Assembly (NCBI GenBank): GCA_951406725.2
Contig: OX597836.1
Span: 17,236,001 to 17,300,000 of the forward strand
Source of the DNA: Octopus vulgaris
Lineage: Eukaryota
Direction: 5' to 3'
Length of the DNA stretch: 64,000 nucleotides
Under the pieces are notes generated by a model that searched no databases, was not told the DNA's origin, and saw only the letters and a list, made by a program, of their open reading frames with translations. How positions within the stretch are numbered: the first letter of the stretch is position 1; the number at the start of each line of letters is the position of its first letter. The position numbers were made by a program, and so were the translations under genes. Below, one piece after another: positions 28,280 through 42,316 of this stretch.

Positions 28280-28511
28280 AGGAGATGATCTGGCAGAATG
28301 GTTTGCACGTAGGAATAAATTGCATTGCGATATTCGTTCCGGTTCTTTATCCTCTGAGTTCAAATTACTTCGAGGTTGACTTTGCCTTTCATTCATTAGG
28401 GAGTCGATAAAATAAGCTTCGGTTGTGCACTGGGACCTTTTCCCTCTCAAAACTGCTGAGCTTTGTACAAACGATTTGAAACTATTATTAAGGTGGCGAG
28501 CTGACGTAATA

Positions 28512-28645
<134 letters not shown>

Positions 28646-28950
28646 CATTAGCGTGCTGGACAAAATGTTTGGCGGCACTTTTTCTGGCTTTGCGATATGA
28701 AGTCAAAGTTCGTCGAGGTCGACTATATCTTCCGTCCTTTCAGAGTCGATAAATTAAGTACCAGTCATGTACTGAGGTCGATATAATCGGCTTCTTCCTC
28801 TACTAAAAAAAAAAAAAAAAATGGAAAAACCCAAACTGCTGGCATAGCGTTAAAGGTCTGAAACCATTTTTAATATCTTTTATTTGTTTCAGTCATTTGA
28901 CTGCGGCCATGCTGGAGCACCACCTAGAAGAACTTTTTACTCATTTTTTA

Positions 28951-29257
28951 TATTATTACCCCAACCCCAACGTCCTCTCAATGATTAGCCAGAGATGATT
29001 TTTAAAACGAGAATACTAAAAATGAACCCGACCGCTCTCAAAAATTAATTAACAAAAAAACAGGAAAAATAATACAGAATCCTTGTCCGGTACCAGATCG
29101 ATCCCCAAATCTAATCATTTCGTGCCAATCACAAGGCCAAACATCCCTGGAAGTTTCATTCGAATCCATCCAGCGGTTTCTGAGATATCTTGTCAATGGA
29201 CAAACAAACAAACACACAAATAGACAATACCTCCGCCTTCGCTAAGACGGAGATATT
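28951..29257 (+). mobile_element. Non-autonomous Helentron/Helitron-like (DINE/HINE-type) element
   Basis: AAGTTTCATTCGAATCCATCCAGCGGTTTCTGAGATATC, (CAAA)n tract, and 3' hairpin CTCCGCCTT-CGCT-AAGACGGAG. Confidence 0.6.
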
Positions 29258-29411
29258 AAAAAAATAAGTAATTGCTGGCCTTGTGCCAACATTTGAAATC
29301 ATTATTATTATTATTGTTACCGAGTGAGAGAGCAATGCATGCCATCAAAGTGACACTGGGGTGCAAATGTGCGAAACCCAATATTATACCCATCATGACT
29401 ATCCATCGCAT

Positions 29412-30395
29412 TCCTTCTTCTTCTTCTTCTTCTTCTTCTTCTTCTTCTTCTTCTTCTTCTTCTTCTTCTTCTTCTTCTTCTTCTTCTTCTTCTTCTTCTT
29501 CTTCTTCTTCTTCTTCTTCTTCTTTTCAGTTGAATGAACAAGTAGAACCGTTAGCGCACACTCGGACAAAATGATTTGCGCTAACTAGTCCGTTTTTAGT
29601 TCTGAGTTCAAATACTGCCGAGGTCCACTTTGCCCTTTATCCTTTCGGGATCGATTTAAAAAGTACCAGTCGAGTACTGGGATCGTTCTAATCGACAATT
29701 TCCTCCACGAAAACTTCAGGCCTTGTACCTGCCCGGGGTCGATAAATAGAGTACCAGTTTCGCACTGGGGTCGATGTAATCGACTTAATCTCTTTGTCTG
29801 TCCTTGTTTGTCACCTCTATATTTAGTCCCTTGTGGGTAGTAAAGAAATATATACATAAAAGAAATATTTAACTTCAGAAGAGCAGCGAGCTGGCAGACT
29901 GGTTAGCACATCGGAAGACATACCATACGATATTTGTAGCGGTTCTTTACTTTCTCAGTTCAAATCCCGTCCAGGTCAACATTGTCTTTCAACCTTTCAT
30001 GATCGATAAAATAAAGAACCTGCCGAGTACTGGGGGTCGATAATATCGACAAAAGCATTTCCCCCTCAACATTGCTGTTCTTGTATCATATCAGACACCA
30101 TTATTTAATCTTAAAACGAATAGTTGTTTTTCTTTTTTATTTTGGGTGTATCGTCGAAGAGTCATTACACCCAAAATATTACTATTAAAATTATTTTACG
30201 TAAAAACGTAATTTAAATCATAATTTTCGACACGAAAACATTAGTTAAAATGTTCAAGTTAAAAGAGGATAAAATATAATTTTTAAAGCTGATCTCTATC
30301 AGAAAAAAAGTATGATTTCATTATTATTTTACAAGGAATAAAACCTGACTACAATTTTTTGAACAGCTAATGAATGGTGGAAGCAATAAAAAATA
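29412..30395 (-). repeat. Right outer arm of a long inverted duplication
   Basis: Partner of 21391-22414, bounded by (TTC)n inside and (TGA/TAA)n outside. Confidence 0.92.
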
Positions 30396-30397
30396 GT

Positions 30398-31438
<1,041 letters not shown>

Positions 31439-31719
31439 GTTGGAGCCCCAAACCATTATTAATTTTGACAATGAAGTTCTTGCGTTGATATTGCTGTAAT
31501 ATTACTCTTTTCCTGTGTGCCCAGCGTGATGCACATAATCGATTAGTTGACTAATCGAATGAATAATCAAACAATTGGTTTAAGTAGTTGATGAATTGTC
31601 GAATAATAATAATAATGATTGAAATATTATTGGCATTGTGACCCCTGCAAAATACGACAAAATCTGTTTCAACACAGAACTTCACATCAGGTGTCATGTA
31701 AACCAAGAACAAAAATGAA

Positions 31720-31847
31720 ATCACATGGTTTCGAGTTCAGTCCCACTGCGGGGCACCTTAGGCAAGTGTCTGCTACCATAGCCTCGGGCCAACCAAAGCC
31801 TTGTGAGTGGATTTGGTAGACGGAAACTGAAAGAAGTCCGTCATATG

Positions 31848-31878
<31 letters not shown>

Positions 31879-32100
31879 GGATGTGTGTGTGTGTGTGCTT
31901 GTGCTTGTGTTTGGCCTCCACCAACCGATGTTGGTGTGTTTACCTCCCCTAACTTAGCAGTTCGGCAAAAAGACCGGTCGAATAGGTATCAGGATTAACA
32001 AAAACAAAAAAAAAAATACTGGGATCAATTCATTCGACTAAAATAAGTAGTTCAAGTCGGTGCCCCAGCCTAGTCGCAGTCTAATGACTGAAAGAAGTAA
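31720..32100 (+). mobile_element. SINE family A, 5' truncated and diverged
   Basis: CACATGGTTTCGAGTTCAGTCCCACTGCG through ATGACTGAAAGAAGTAA. Confidence 0.85.
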
Positions 32101-32161
32101 TCAATAAAGTTAAATTATCTCTGTCTGTCTCTATCTCTCTCGCCCTCACCCGTTCTCCCTC

Positions 32162-32238
<77 letters not shown>

Positions 32239-32239
<1 letters not shown>

Positions 32240-32451
32240 AAAATGTGACTGCGTGTGTACCGTTGGCGATTTTTTCCCCTCTGTCTTCCCTTCTCTGGAT
32301 CTTTCCTTCTCCTATGTTTCCGACGAAGAGCTCCGCTCGAAACGTTAAACCCTCCTTCTTCCCTTCATTCCTGAGCGTCCAATAATACTATATTTGTTTC
32401 ACGTCCTTGCGTTGTTGTGTTTTCTCTTGCGTTTTCATGTTTGGATTAACT
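32239..32451 (+). mobile_element. HHR-bearing element, family D (about 213-bp unit) in (TATC)n
   Basis: GTTT CCGACGA A GAGC TCC GCTC GAAACGTT AAAC at 32316-32350. Flanked on both sides by (TATC)n. Confidence 0.8.
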
Positions 32452-32545
<94 letters not shown>

Positions 32546-32565
32546 GTCTGTCTGTCTGTCTGTCT

Positions 32566-33600
32566 GTCGACGAGCTCGGGGCGAGCCTGGACGTCGACGA
32601 GGAGTACCTGACCCGCCTGTTCAGGACGACTTTCGGGCCAGGGCCCATGGACAACTTCCAGAGATCCCTGGCCTGGCAGTGCTACCGAGAAGCGCTACCC
32701 GTTCGGGATAAGCTCTACAGACACGGCTCGAGAAACACGGGGCCGACCTGCCCGAGATGCGGTCAGAGCGACGAAACCGTTCTGCACGCACTCGTGCAGT
32801 GTCCAACAATTTCCGACCTGTGGGCTTATGTCGAACAACTGCTGTCACGTGTGGGACGAGTCGTTTTATCAGCTGAGTCTATCGTCAATATTGTCACGCC
32901 TCCTTCCTTCAAACGGGAAGGAAGAGCTATTTTCATCATCCTTGTGGCTATGGCGAAAGAATGTATCTGGTGGACGCGTCTGAAAGGATTGGAGACAAAC
33001 ACTTTCCTCTCTAGTCAATCTCTCATCAACTTCTTCAAGTACCACTTGAAAAGGAAAGTGAGAGTAGAAAGGCAAGTTTTGTCTAGCGAATGTTTAAAAA
33101 AAAGATGGGTGAATGTAGCAAGGATGGCACGTATGAATGACGAAGCCACCTTGAGCATAATCCTATGAACCTAGAAATTGAAAACAGAGGGTTACCCACT
33201 TGCAAACAAATGTGGTAACATATAACAATATTGACTTTCTTCCCACGGATAAACCTTACTTGCTTTCCCCTTTACACCATACATCATGACACTGTGATAC
33301 ACGATCCCTATTGATCGTGTTTTTTCCTCTTCCGCCTTTTTTTCCCCTTTTTTCTTCTTTTTTTCATTTCTCTTTTCTTTTGTTCCTTTTCCTTTTCTTT
33401 TTTGTTATTTTTTCTTTTTTATTTTATTTATTTATTTTTTTTTTGTTCTTTTCTTCCCTTTTACGATCCCTCTTGATAGAAAACCTACGCCACCCCCTTT
33501 TTTTTCTTTTGTTTTTTGTTTTTTTCATCCCCCAAAAAAAAAGCTCTATCTTGTAACTTGTCCCATCTGTGTGCAGCCTTGTGTGGCCAATAAAGAAACT
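32566..33600 (+). mobile_element. 5'-truncated Tx1/L1-type LINE: ORF2 C-terminus (zinc-binding zf-RVT-like region, stop at 33168), 3' UTR and AATAAA
   Basis: WQCYREALPVRDKLYRHG...CPRCGQSDETVLHALVQCP...CIWWTR. T-rich UTR, AATAAA near 33589, (TATC)n(TGTC)n on both flanks. Confidence 0.88.
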
Positions 33601-33611
33601 TATCTATCTAC

Positions 33612-33685
<74 letters not shown>

Positions 33686-33739
33686 GTCTGTCTGTCTGTC
33701 TGTCTGTCTGTGTGTCTGTGTGTCTGTCTGTCTGTCTGT

Positions 33740-33821
<82 letters not shown>

Positions 33822-34364
33822 CTATTTCCCCCTTCTTCACCAAAACTTGACATATTTTTCTTTCATCACCAAAAACATCAGCAACCCCACCACCACCACC
33901 ACCACCATCACCTTCACTTTTACTTCCGGTGCAAATCTATCTATCTGCCAGATTAGTTTTGCACACCTACATCTTCCGGTTCTCTTCACCACCATCCCCC
34001 CCACCACTTCCTCCTAAAACCTCACTTCCGCAAAGTGCATTCTGCTTATTGATTGGCTGGGGGTATATTCATGCAATGGTCTGACAGACCCCCTTCTTGC
34101 GAAGAAAAAAAAAAAACAAACTATATTAAAATCCTAATCATCCAGACAAACAGACAGACATACAGCTCGTGTACTCTCGAAACCCTTAACAGCTATAACA
34201 ATCACAGCAGCAACAGCATCAAACTCCTCCTCCTCCTCCTCCTCCTATCCTCACTACTACTACTACTACTACTGCTGCTGCTGCTACTACTACTACTACT
34301 GCAACTACTACTGCTGCTGCTGCTGCTACTACTACTACTACTGCTGCTGCTGCTACTGCTGCTG

Positions 34365-34415
<51 letters not shown>

Positions 34416-34744
34416 TTACTACTACTACTATTACTACTACTACTTACTACTGCTGCTGCTGCTGCTGCTATTACTACTACCACTACTACTAATACTACTA
34501 CTACTTCTGTCTCTCTGTGTGAAATAACAGACTTAACGGAAATGTGGTGGGTGTGGGATGGAACAGGTTTAAGCAAAGGAGAGAGAGAGAGAGAGAGAAA
34601 GAGAGAGGAGAGAGAGAAGGAGGGAAAGAAGGGTGAAGAAGGGCAAACACCAATATATGAAAGAAAAGGGGAGTGAAGGGTAATAAAGAAAAAAAAAGTG
34701 GAGAGAGGAAAAGATAAAGAAGAGATGCGAGTTAAGACGAAATA

Positions 34745-34978
34745 CCTATTTCTTTACTACCCACAAGGGGCTAAACACAGAGAGGACAAACAAGGACAGA
34801 CAAACGGATTAAGTCGATTACATCGTCCCCAGTGCGTAACTGGTACTTATTTAATCGACCCCGAAAGGATGAAAGGCAAAGTTGACCTCGGCGGGATTTA
34901 AACTCAGAACGTAGCGACATACGAAATACTGGTGAGCATTTTGCCCAGCGTGCTAACGTTTCTGCCAGCTTGCCGCCC
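34745..34978 (-). mobile_element. SINE family B (full length)
   Basis: Reverse complement of the 14313-14549 unit. Confidence 0.9.
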
Positions 34979-35044
34979 TATGCTGGTAAGATATAAAAAA
35001 TGCTGGCTTACTTTAATTATCGGTCCCGTCTCTGTCTACACAAA

Positions 35045-35092
<48 letters not shown>

Positions 35093-35426
35093 CCACACAC
35101 TCACGCACACATACCTGAATATATATGTGTGTGTTTGGGTGTAAAAATGAGCTCCTTATTATTTTATTCTTTTGTTCGATCTCGTCCGTTTTTATGCCCT
35201 GAGTTCAAGTTCTGCAGAGGGCGACTTTACCTTTTATCCTTTTGGGATAAAACAGTTGTAATCGACTTACCACCTAGCCCGAAATTGCTGGCCTTGTGCC
35301 AAAATTTGAAAGCAATATTCATGAAGAGTATTGCTATTACTAGAATATTCATACCGATCATATGATGGGTAACTTTGGGAGTATACTTCTACTATCATGG
35401 GTAATATCAGAAAATATGCCATATTC

Positions 35427-35785
35427 GGATTCCATGGACATTTTCGGATTCCATGGACAGCGAGGCTCACCAATGGAGAAATTCTTAACCAGATCAAGCC
35501 GAAACTGTCGCTAGAGGCTAGGATCACCAAGCATAGATTGGCATATTTTGGTCATATTATGCGGAGTAAATCCTTGGAGAAGGACACCATGCTCGGAATG
35601 GTCAGTGGCAAGAGAGGAAGAGGCCGACTAAGAAAAGAACCCGCTGGCTTGACACCATCAAGAGTGACACGGGATTGGCCATAGCCAATCTGAAAGAAGC
35701 GGCCCAGGATAGAACTGGCTGGAAAACACTGATCCATCGAGTAACCGAGAGTCGACTTCGACTGAACGGATAGATAGATAGATAG
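35427..35785 (+). mobile_element. 5'-truncated RTE-clade LINE 3' end with 11-bp TSD
   Basis: RIPWTARLTNGEIL...YFGHIMR...GKRGRGR, then frameshifted WLDTIK...AAQDRTGW. (TAGA)n tail. ATGCCATATTC at 35416-35426 and 35786-35796. Confidence 0.9.
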
Positions 35786-35875
35786 ATGCCATATTCAAAT
35801 TATAATCATCGTATAATGATTATAATTTGACTTTTATCATATTTCTTGGTGTTTGTCAAAGCGACAAAATGAATT

Positions 35876-36290
35876 CAGGAGTGGCTGTGTGGTAAGTAGC
35901 TTGCTAATCAGCCACATGGTTCCGGGTTCAGTCCCACTGCGTGGTATCTTGGGCAAGTGTCTTCTGCAATAGCCTCGAGCCGACCAAAGCCTTGTGAGTG
36001 GATTTGGTAGACGGAAACTGAAAGAAGCCTGTCGTATATATGTATATATATATATATGTGTGTGTGTATGTGTTTGTGTGTCTGTGTTTGTCCCTCTAGC
36101 ATTGCTTGACAACCTATGCTGGCGTGTTTACGTCCCCGTCACTTAGCGGTTCGGCAAAAGAGACCGATAGAATAAGTACTGGGCTTACAAAGAATAAGTC
36201 CCAGGGTCGATTTGCTCGACTAAAGGCGGTGCTCCAGCATGGCCGCAGTCAAATGACTGAAACAAGTAAAAGAGTAAAAGAGTAAAGAGT
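35876..36290 (+). mobile_element. SINE family A (full length)
   Basis: High similarity to 62411-62825. Confidence 0.92.
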
Positions 36291-36754
36291 ATTACCTAAG
36301 AAGAAAATTCATTAAAGCAAATTTGTCATTTGTATCACTCCTCTGTCATTTCTTCGTCTTTCTTCTTCTTTCACGTACGCTTTTCTTAGCAGGACGTTCA
36401 CCTCATCAACCATCGGCTGTCATCAGAACGATTCCAACACTTTCCAGTACCGTCTTTGGAAAACAGCTCTGGTTTTCTTGATACGGATACAATTAAAACA
36501 AGCGCGACTTCAAACACTTGAATATTCTGGAAATAATGTGATCTATATGTACATATATTAAAATAATTATCGATATATCTTAATTAATTTTATCGAAGAC
36601 TATCGACACATTATTACTCATATATTGATCGCATAGAACATTGTAAATATTGCAACATAAAATTTAATGTTTATCCACTTTTCTAGTGAAGTGAAATATG
36701 TTCAAAACTTTGATTTATTTACTTATAATCACCGATAGATGTGCTATTTAAATA

Positions 36755-37392
36755 TATTTCTTTACTGCCCACAAGGGGCTAAACACAGAGGGGGCAAACA
36801 AGGGCAGACAAACGGATTAAGTCGATTACATCGACCCCAGTGCGTAACTGTTACTTAATTTATTGACCCCGAAAGAATGAAAGGCAAAGTCGACCTCGGC
36901 GGAATTTGAACTCAGAACGTAGCGCAGACGAAACACCGCAAAGCATTTCGCCCGGCTCGCTAACGACTCTGCCAGCTCGCCGCCTTTGCTAAATACCTAT
37001 TTCTTTACTATCCACAAGGGGCTAAACACAGAGAGGACAAACAAGGACAGACAAACGGATTAAGTCGATTATATCGACCCCAGTGCGTAACTGGTACTTA
37101 ATTTGTCGACTCCAAAAGGATGAAAGGCAAAGTCGAATTCGGCGGAATTTGAACTCAGAACGTAACGGCAGACGAAATACCTATTTCTTTACTAGCCACA
37201 AGGGGCTAAACACAGAGAGGACAAACAAGGACAGGCAAACGGATTAAGTCGATTACATCGACCCCAGTGCGTAACTGGTACTTGATTTATCGACCCCGAA
37301 AGGATGAAAGGCAAAGTCGACCTCGGCGGAATTTGAACTCAGAACGTAACGGCAGACGAAATACGGCTACGCATTTCGCCCGGCGTGCTAAC
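36755..37392 (-). mobile_element. SINE family B, three tandem copies (head of the last continues to about 37412)
   Basis: TATTTCTTTACT...CACAAGGGGCTAAACACAGAG repeated at about 36755, 36998 and 37182. Confidence 0.9.
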
Positions 37393-37667
37393 GTTTCTGC
37401 CAGCTCGCCGCCTTTGTGCTATTTATATAGTAAGAAGACGAAAAGTTGGCGAGCTGGGGGAATCGTTTGCAACGCCGAGCTAAATGATTTTCGGAATTTC
37501 GTACCTCCTTACGTTTTGAGTTCAAATTCTGCCGAGGTTGACCATGCCTCTCATCCTTTCGGGGTCGATAAAACAAGTGCCCTTTGAAAACTAGCCTCGA
37601 TGTATTCGACTTACCTCTCGCCCGAAAGTTTTGGCCTTGTACCAACATTTGAAACCAATATATTAAG

Positions 37668-38358
37668 TAGTGGGTTGCTAGATTAAATTCATTCGTTTCT
37701 TTCTATTGTTATTTGAATTAACACGAGAAGTTATTTTTATCGTAATGTTTTAAGTTCTTTTTTTGTGTGTAGCGCTATTCTTTTTCTACAACTTTTGCTC
37801 ATCGTTTTAATAATTCGAATAAATTTTATCTCTTTTCAAACGCATAACAATGGCGTGTCCATAGAGAAAAAAATGTGAGAATTTTCGAAATTTGTTTCTC
37901 TTCACTTTCATTCAAGGTTCCAAATCTGACAAAACCTCTCGAGACATTTGTGTTGTATACAGAGAATGCGCTATTGCCGAAAGAATTTTACAGAACTGGT
38001 TTTTCACGCTTCGAGGGAGGGAATTCGATTTAAAATTCCCCGGGTTCCAGCCGTCTTGTTCACTTCCATTGATCATTTGAGCGAAATCATCCGTCAGGAT
38101 CTGCGCCAGTCCACTAGGGAACTGACCCTGTCGATGAGATGATCGCATAATATCGTCACCCGTCACCTTCGCTCAATGGTTAAGATCAATAACTTGGTAC
38201 ATGGGTGCCATCCGCTTTGAACGAAAGAGACAAACTGCAGTGTGCTTCTTCAACACGGCAACGCGCTCTCACTTCGTTGATCCGACCACAAATGCTGTTC
38301 AAGAGCTCAGTTGGGAAGTTCTATCTCACCCACCGTATTCTCCTGATATAGTACCTCC
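37668..38358 (+). mobile_element. Mariner transposase remnant (internally deleted, frameshifted)
   Basis: FTFIQGSKSDKTSRDICVVYRECAIAERILQNWF (HTH region), IIRQDLRQSTREL, and QELSWEVLSHPPYSPDIVP (mariner YSPDLAP motif). Confidence 0.88.
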
Positions 38359-38527
38359 AGGGAAGGAAACAAATATATATGTATTATATTCTTAACTTGT
38401 TTCAGTGATTAGACTGCGGCTATGCAGGAATTTTAGTCGAACTAAACGACTTATTTTTTTAAAGCCTGGTACTTATTCTATCGACCTCTTCTGTCGAGCC
38501 GCTAGTTCACGGGGACATAAACACAGC

Positions 38528-38595
<68 letters not shown>

Positions 38596-39002
38596 AAGTA
38601 GTGGCACAACAAGGTACCAACTTTTGCTGGAAATAGCATTCGACAACCATTCGACGCTAGGTAAAGCTTCACTGAATGTATAGAGACAAATATGTGTGCG
38701 GGCGGCGAACATACAAATTTTCGTCTTAACGCCAAAGAAATGGACAACCTAGCATTGGTAACCTAGTACTCGAGTTTCGGACTTTCCAGAATACGTTAGT
38801 TATCGTAAAACTGATTGGTCCTCGTTGTTTAGGTCTACCGAAACGACTAAATTTAAAATATCCGTTGCATCAATGCCTGTCTACTCGGCCCCAGCCATAA
38901 ACAGAACCGAGATCAGTGAAAATGTTTTATATAAAAAAACTATAAATATTATTACAATATTATTTTCCTGCGAAATAAAGCACTGTAAAAGTAGAATTAT
39001 AG

Positions 39003-39727
39003 TAGAGGCACATGACCTAGTGGTTAGAGCAGGGAACTCGCGGTCGAGGGATTGCGAGTTTGAATCTCAGGCCGGGCGATGTGTGTGTTTATGAGCGAAA
39101 CACCTAAACTTATTCTTTGTAAACCTCGAGCTTATTCTATCGGTGTTTTACCCGAAGCGCTAAGTTACGAAGACGTGAACACACCAACATCGGTTACAGA
39201 GCAATGGTGGAGATAGAAACACAGATACAAAAACACAAACACATAAGTATATTCATTCATATTTTTATACGACTGGCTTCTTTCAGTTTCCGTCTACTAA
39301 ATCCACTCACAAGGCTTTGGTCAGCCCGAGACTATAGTAGAAAACACTTGCCCAAAATTGCACGCTGGAGCACCGCCTTTAATCGAGTAACTCGACTCCG
39401 GGACTTATTCTTTTGTAAGCCCGGTACTTATTATATCGGTCTCATTTGCCGAACCGCTAAGTGACGGGGACATAAACACACCAGCATCAGTTGTCAAGCA
39501 ATGCTAGGGGACAAACACACACACGCATATATATATATATATATATATATAAACATATATATACGACGGGCTTCTTTCAGTTTCCGTCTACCAAATCCAC
39601 TCACAAGGCTTTGGTCGGCCCGAGGCTATAGTACAAGACACTTGCCCAAGTTGCCACGCAGTGGGACTGAACCGGAACCATGTGGTTGGTAAACAAGCTA
39701 CTTACCACACAGCCACTCCTGCGCCTA
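39003..39727. mobile_element. SINE C head (+, 39003-39107) followed by two nested SINE A copies (-)
   Basis: GAGGCACATGACCTAGTGG head, then two minus-strand A bodies ending CACTCCTGCGCCT at 39727. Confidence 0.8.
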
Positions 39728-40313
39728 TATGTATATATTATATAAGTACGTAAGTCTTGCATATATTTTTTGATGGTTCCACTTGTTTTTCTTGCGTCAC
39801 AGATGATTGTTTGAGCAAGACTTCGAGACGAAAAGTCTCGAGTCTCACACGGATAGTTTTTTTTTAATAAATGCACATATAAATGATGTAATTTCCGGTA
39901 TATTTTGATGTTTAGCCGTACTTAAGTTTTAATTAGCGTTATCTAAACACACCGGCTGCTATCGGCACATCAATATTTATATGCGTGGAAATTTCGGTAG
40001 CATTTTTTGTAGCATTTTTGGTAATTCAAGATTATAATACATGCATACATATGTACACGTACACACACGCACACAGGCACACACACACACACACACATAC
40101 ACACACACATACACACACACACACAGATAGACAGATAGATATGTATACATACATATTTATATATATGTATGCATGTGTGCGTGTGCATATATATGGCCAA
40201 ACATACACACCCGGCTTCATCTTTTGTATTTTGTAAATTCTCACTGTATATATATGTACATACTTAGATACATATATGCATACATACATACATGCATGCA
40301 TACATACATAATG

Positions 40314-40346
<33 letters not shown>

Positions 40347-40350
<4 letters not shown>

Positions 40351-41452
40351 GCCTGACTCCTCTAGCGACAGCTGATGACGGGGGTTTTGTCCTTGTGTAG
40401 CTCGTCCTGTATTTGTTTTTCGTTTTCATGTTTTTCGTTTTCCGTTTTCTTGTTTTTTGTTTTTTGGCTTTTTCCGTTTCTACGTCTTTTTGTGCTGTCC
40501 TGTACTCCCGCATAATTATTTATATATGCATGTATATATACATGTAGATGTAGGTACGTACATATATGTTTGTATGTATGCATATATTTTCATTATCTCC
40601 TTATTGTCTGACAGCGCCCCGCATCAGGTTCGTTCCGATTCGTCGTTTCGATCCACTTCTTGGTTCCCTTTTTTTATATTTATATTATTATATTGAAGAT
40701 GCGGTACTCTCTCCCTTTGCTTTAACCTCTTCAATCTTTCTCCCTCCCACTCCTCCTCTCTCTTCGCCGCGTGTCCCCCTCCTCCTTCCCTCTTCCTTGC
40801 CTATAAAACAAAATTCCTTAACACGTGGTTCCCACTTTTGAAAAGACTGCCTCCACGCGCTGCTACTACACTTTCGTCCTTGCCAGCAAAAGGCCTCTTC
40901 GTTCGTCCCCTTGTGTGGTTGATTTCCTGTATAGTATTCTTGTTATTTTCTCGTTTTGTAACTAATTGTACTTTTTGTACATGTATTTTTATTTTTGCAG
41001 TTTTATCGTTTGTCTATGCCAGAAAAAAGGCTTTTTCGTTCGTCCTCTTGTGTTTGTTTTTGTACATGTATTTTAATTTTGCAGTCTTATTGTTACGTCT
41101 TGTTTGTGTTCGTACTTATTTTGCCCCGCTGCTTAGAATTTTATTTTAATTCTCTCGCAGGAAGGCCTATTGGATTAGTGTTCTGTTATGCCTTCGAAAC
41201 ATGCCTGACTCCTCTAGCGACAGCTGATGACGGGGGTTTTGTCCTTGTGTAGCTCGTCCTGTATTTGTTTTTCGTTTTCATGTTTTTCGTTTTCCGTTTT
41301 CTTGTTTTTTGTTTTTTGGCTTTTTCCGTTTCTACGTCTTTTTGTGCTGTCCTGTACTCCCGTATAATTATTTATATATGCATGTATATATACATGTAGA
41401 TGTAGGTACATACATATATGTTTGTATGTATGCATATATTTTCATTATCTCC

Positions 41453-41453
<1 letters not shown>
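40347..41453 (+). mobile_element. 1.1-kb non-coding element with 255-bp terminal direct repeats, inserted in (TA)n
   Basis: 40347-40601 is almost identical to 41199-41453 (period 852, confirmed by twin ORFs 40362-40583 and 41214-41435). No TG..CA ends. Confidence 0.88.
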
Positions 41454-41489
<36 letters not shown>

Positions 41490-41790
41490 CACCGTGATCA
41501 CCGTGACTGACCAGGCTATCAGATGTTACTACATCGCTGGTCACAATGTGCTTCGCATTGTTTTAGCCTTCAAATGACGCCACCCCGCTGGCTAAGCGAG
41601 CAGGCCAATAGAAGAAAAAATGAGAGAGAGTTGTGGCGAAAGAGTACAGCAGGGATCGCCACCACTCTCTGACGGAGCCTTGTGGAGCTTTAGAGGTTTT
41701 CGCTCAATAAACACTCACAACGCCTGGTCTGAGAATCGAAACCGCGATCCTACGACCACGAGTCCGTTGCCCTAACCAGTGGGCCATTGC
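41490..41790 (-). mobile_element. SINE group C with a third tail type
   Basis: Head GCAATGGCCCACTGGTTAGGGC...GGTTTCGATTCTC, shared body, tail ending (CACGGTGAT)2. Confidence 0.82.
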
Positions 41791-41794
41791 ACAT

Positions 41795-41854
<60 letters not shown>

Positions 41855-41863
41855 GTATACGTA

Positions 41864-42079
41864 CGAGGTGATGCTGAAAAGTCCTTGGCTTTGGGTAACA
41901 GAAAATAAAGGAAGATCAGTTAATTATGATTTTATTCAACATATTCCCTTCTCAGATTCACACACTTATTGCAGCAGTCCTTTCAGTTTTTCTAAGCCCT
42001 GAAAAAGAGCTCGAAAGGTTGTGCCTCCAACCAGACCTTTCGCGACAACCTTAAAACCAGGCACTTTTCAGCACCCACG
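41864..42079. mobile_element. Mariner-type MITE, second copy
   Basis: Reverse complement homologue of 5704-5923, with TIRs CGAGGTGATGCTGAAAAGT / ACTTTTCAGCACCCACG. Confidence 0.8.
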
Positions 42080-42109
42080 TCCTATGTATGTATGTATGCA
42101 TGTATGAGT

Positions 42110-42316
42110 ATGTGACCGCTTGTGTATCGTTGGCGATTTTTTCCCCTCCGTCTTCCCTTCCTCGGATCTTTCCTTTTTCTATGTTTCTGACGAAGAGCTC
42201 CGCTCGAAACGTTAGAATCCTTCTTCTTTCTTTCCTGTCCTGAGCGTCCAATACCACTAAACTTGCTCCACGTTTTCGCGTTGTTGCGTTTTCTCTTTGT
42301 GTTTTCATGTTTGGAT

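Noticed and set aside
32407-33168. 253-aa ORF as a host gene
   Set aside because: The N-terminus is family D sequence plus microsatellite; the remainder is a truncated LINE ORF2.
38811-38850. CTGATTGG...ACCGAAACGAC hammerhead-like string
   Set aside because: Core and triplet are both broken and there is no helix I.
41151-41240. Canonical hammerhead at the junction of the 852-bp repeat
   Set aside because: No CUGANGA before the GAAGGC/GCCTTC stem, and the alternative type II reading has G at position 16.1; not called as a ribozyme feature.
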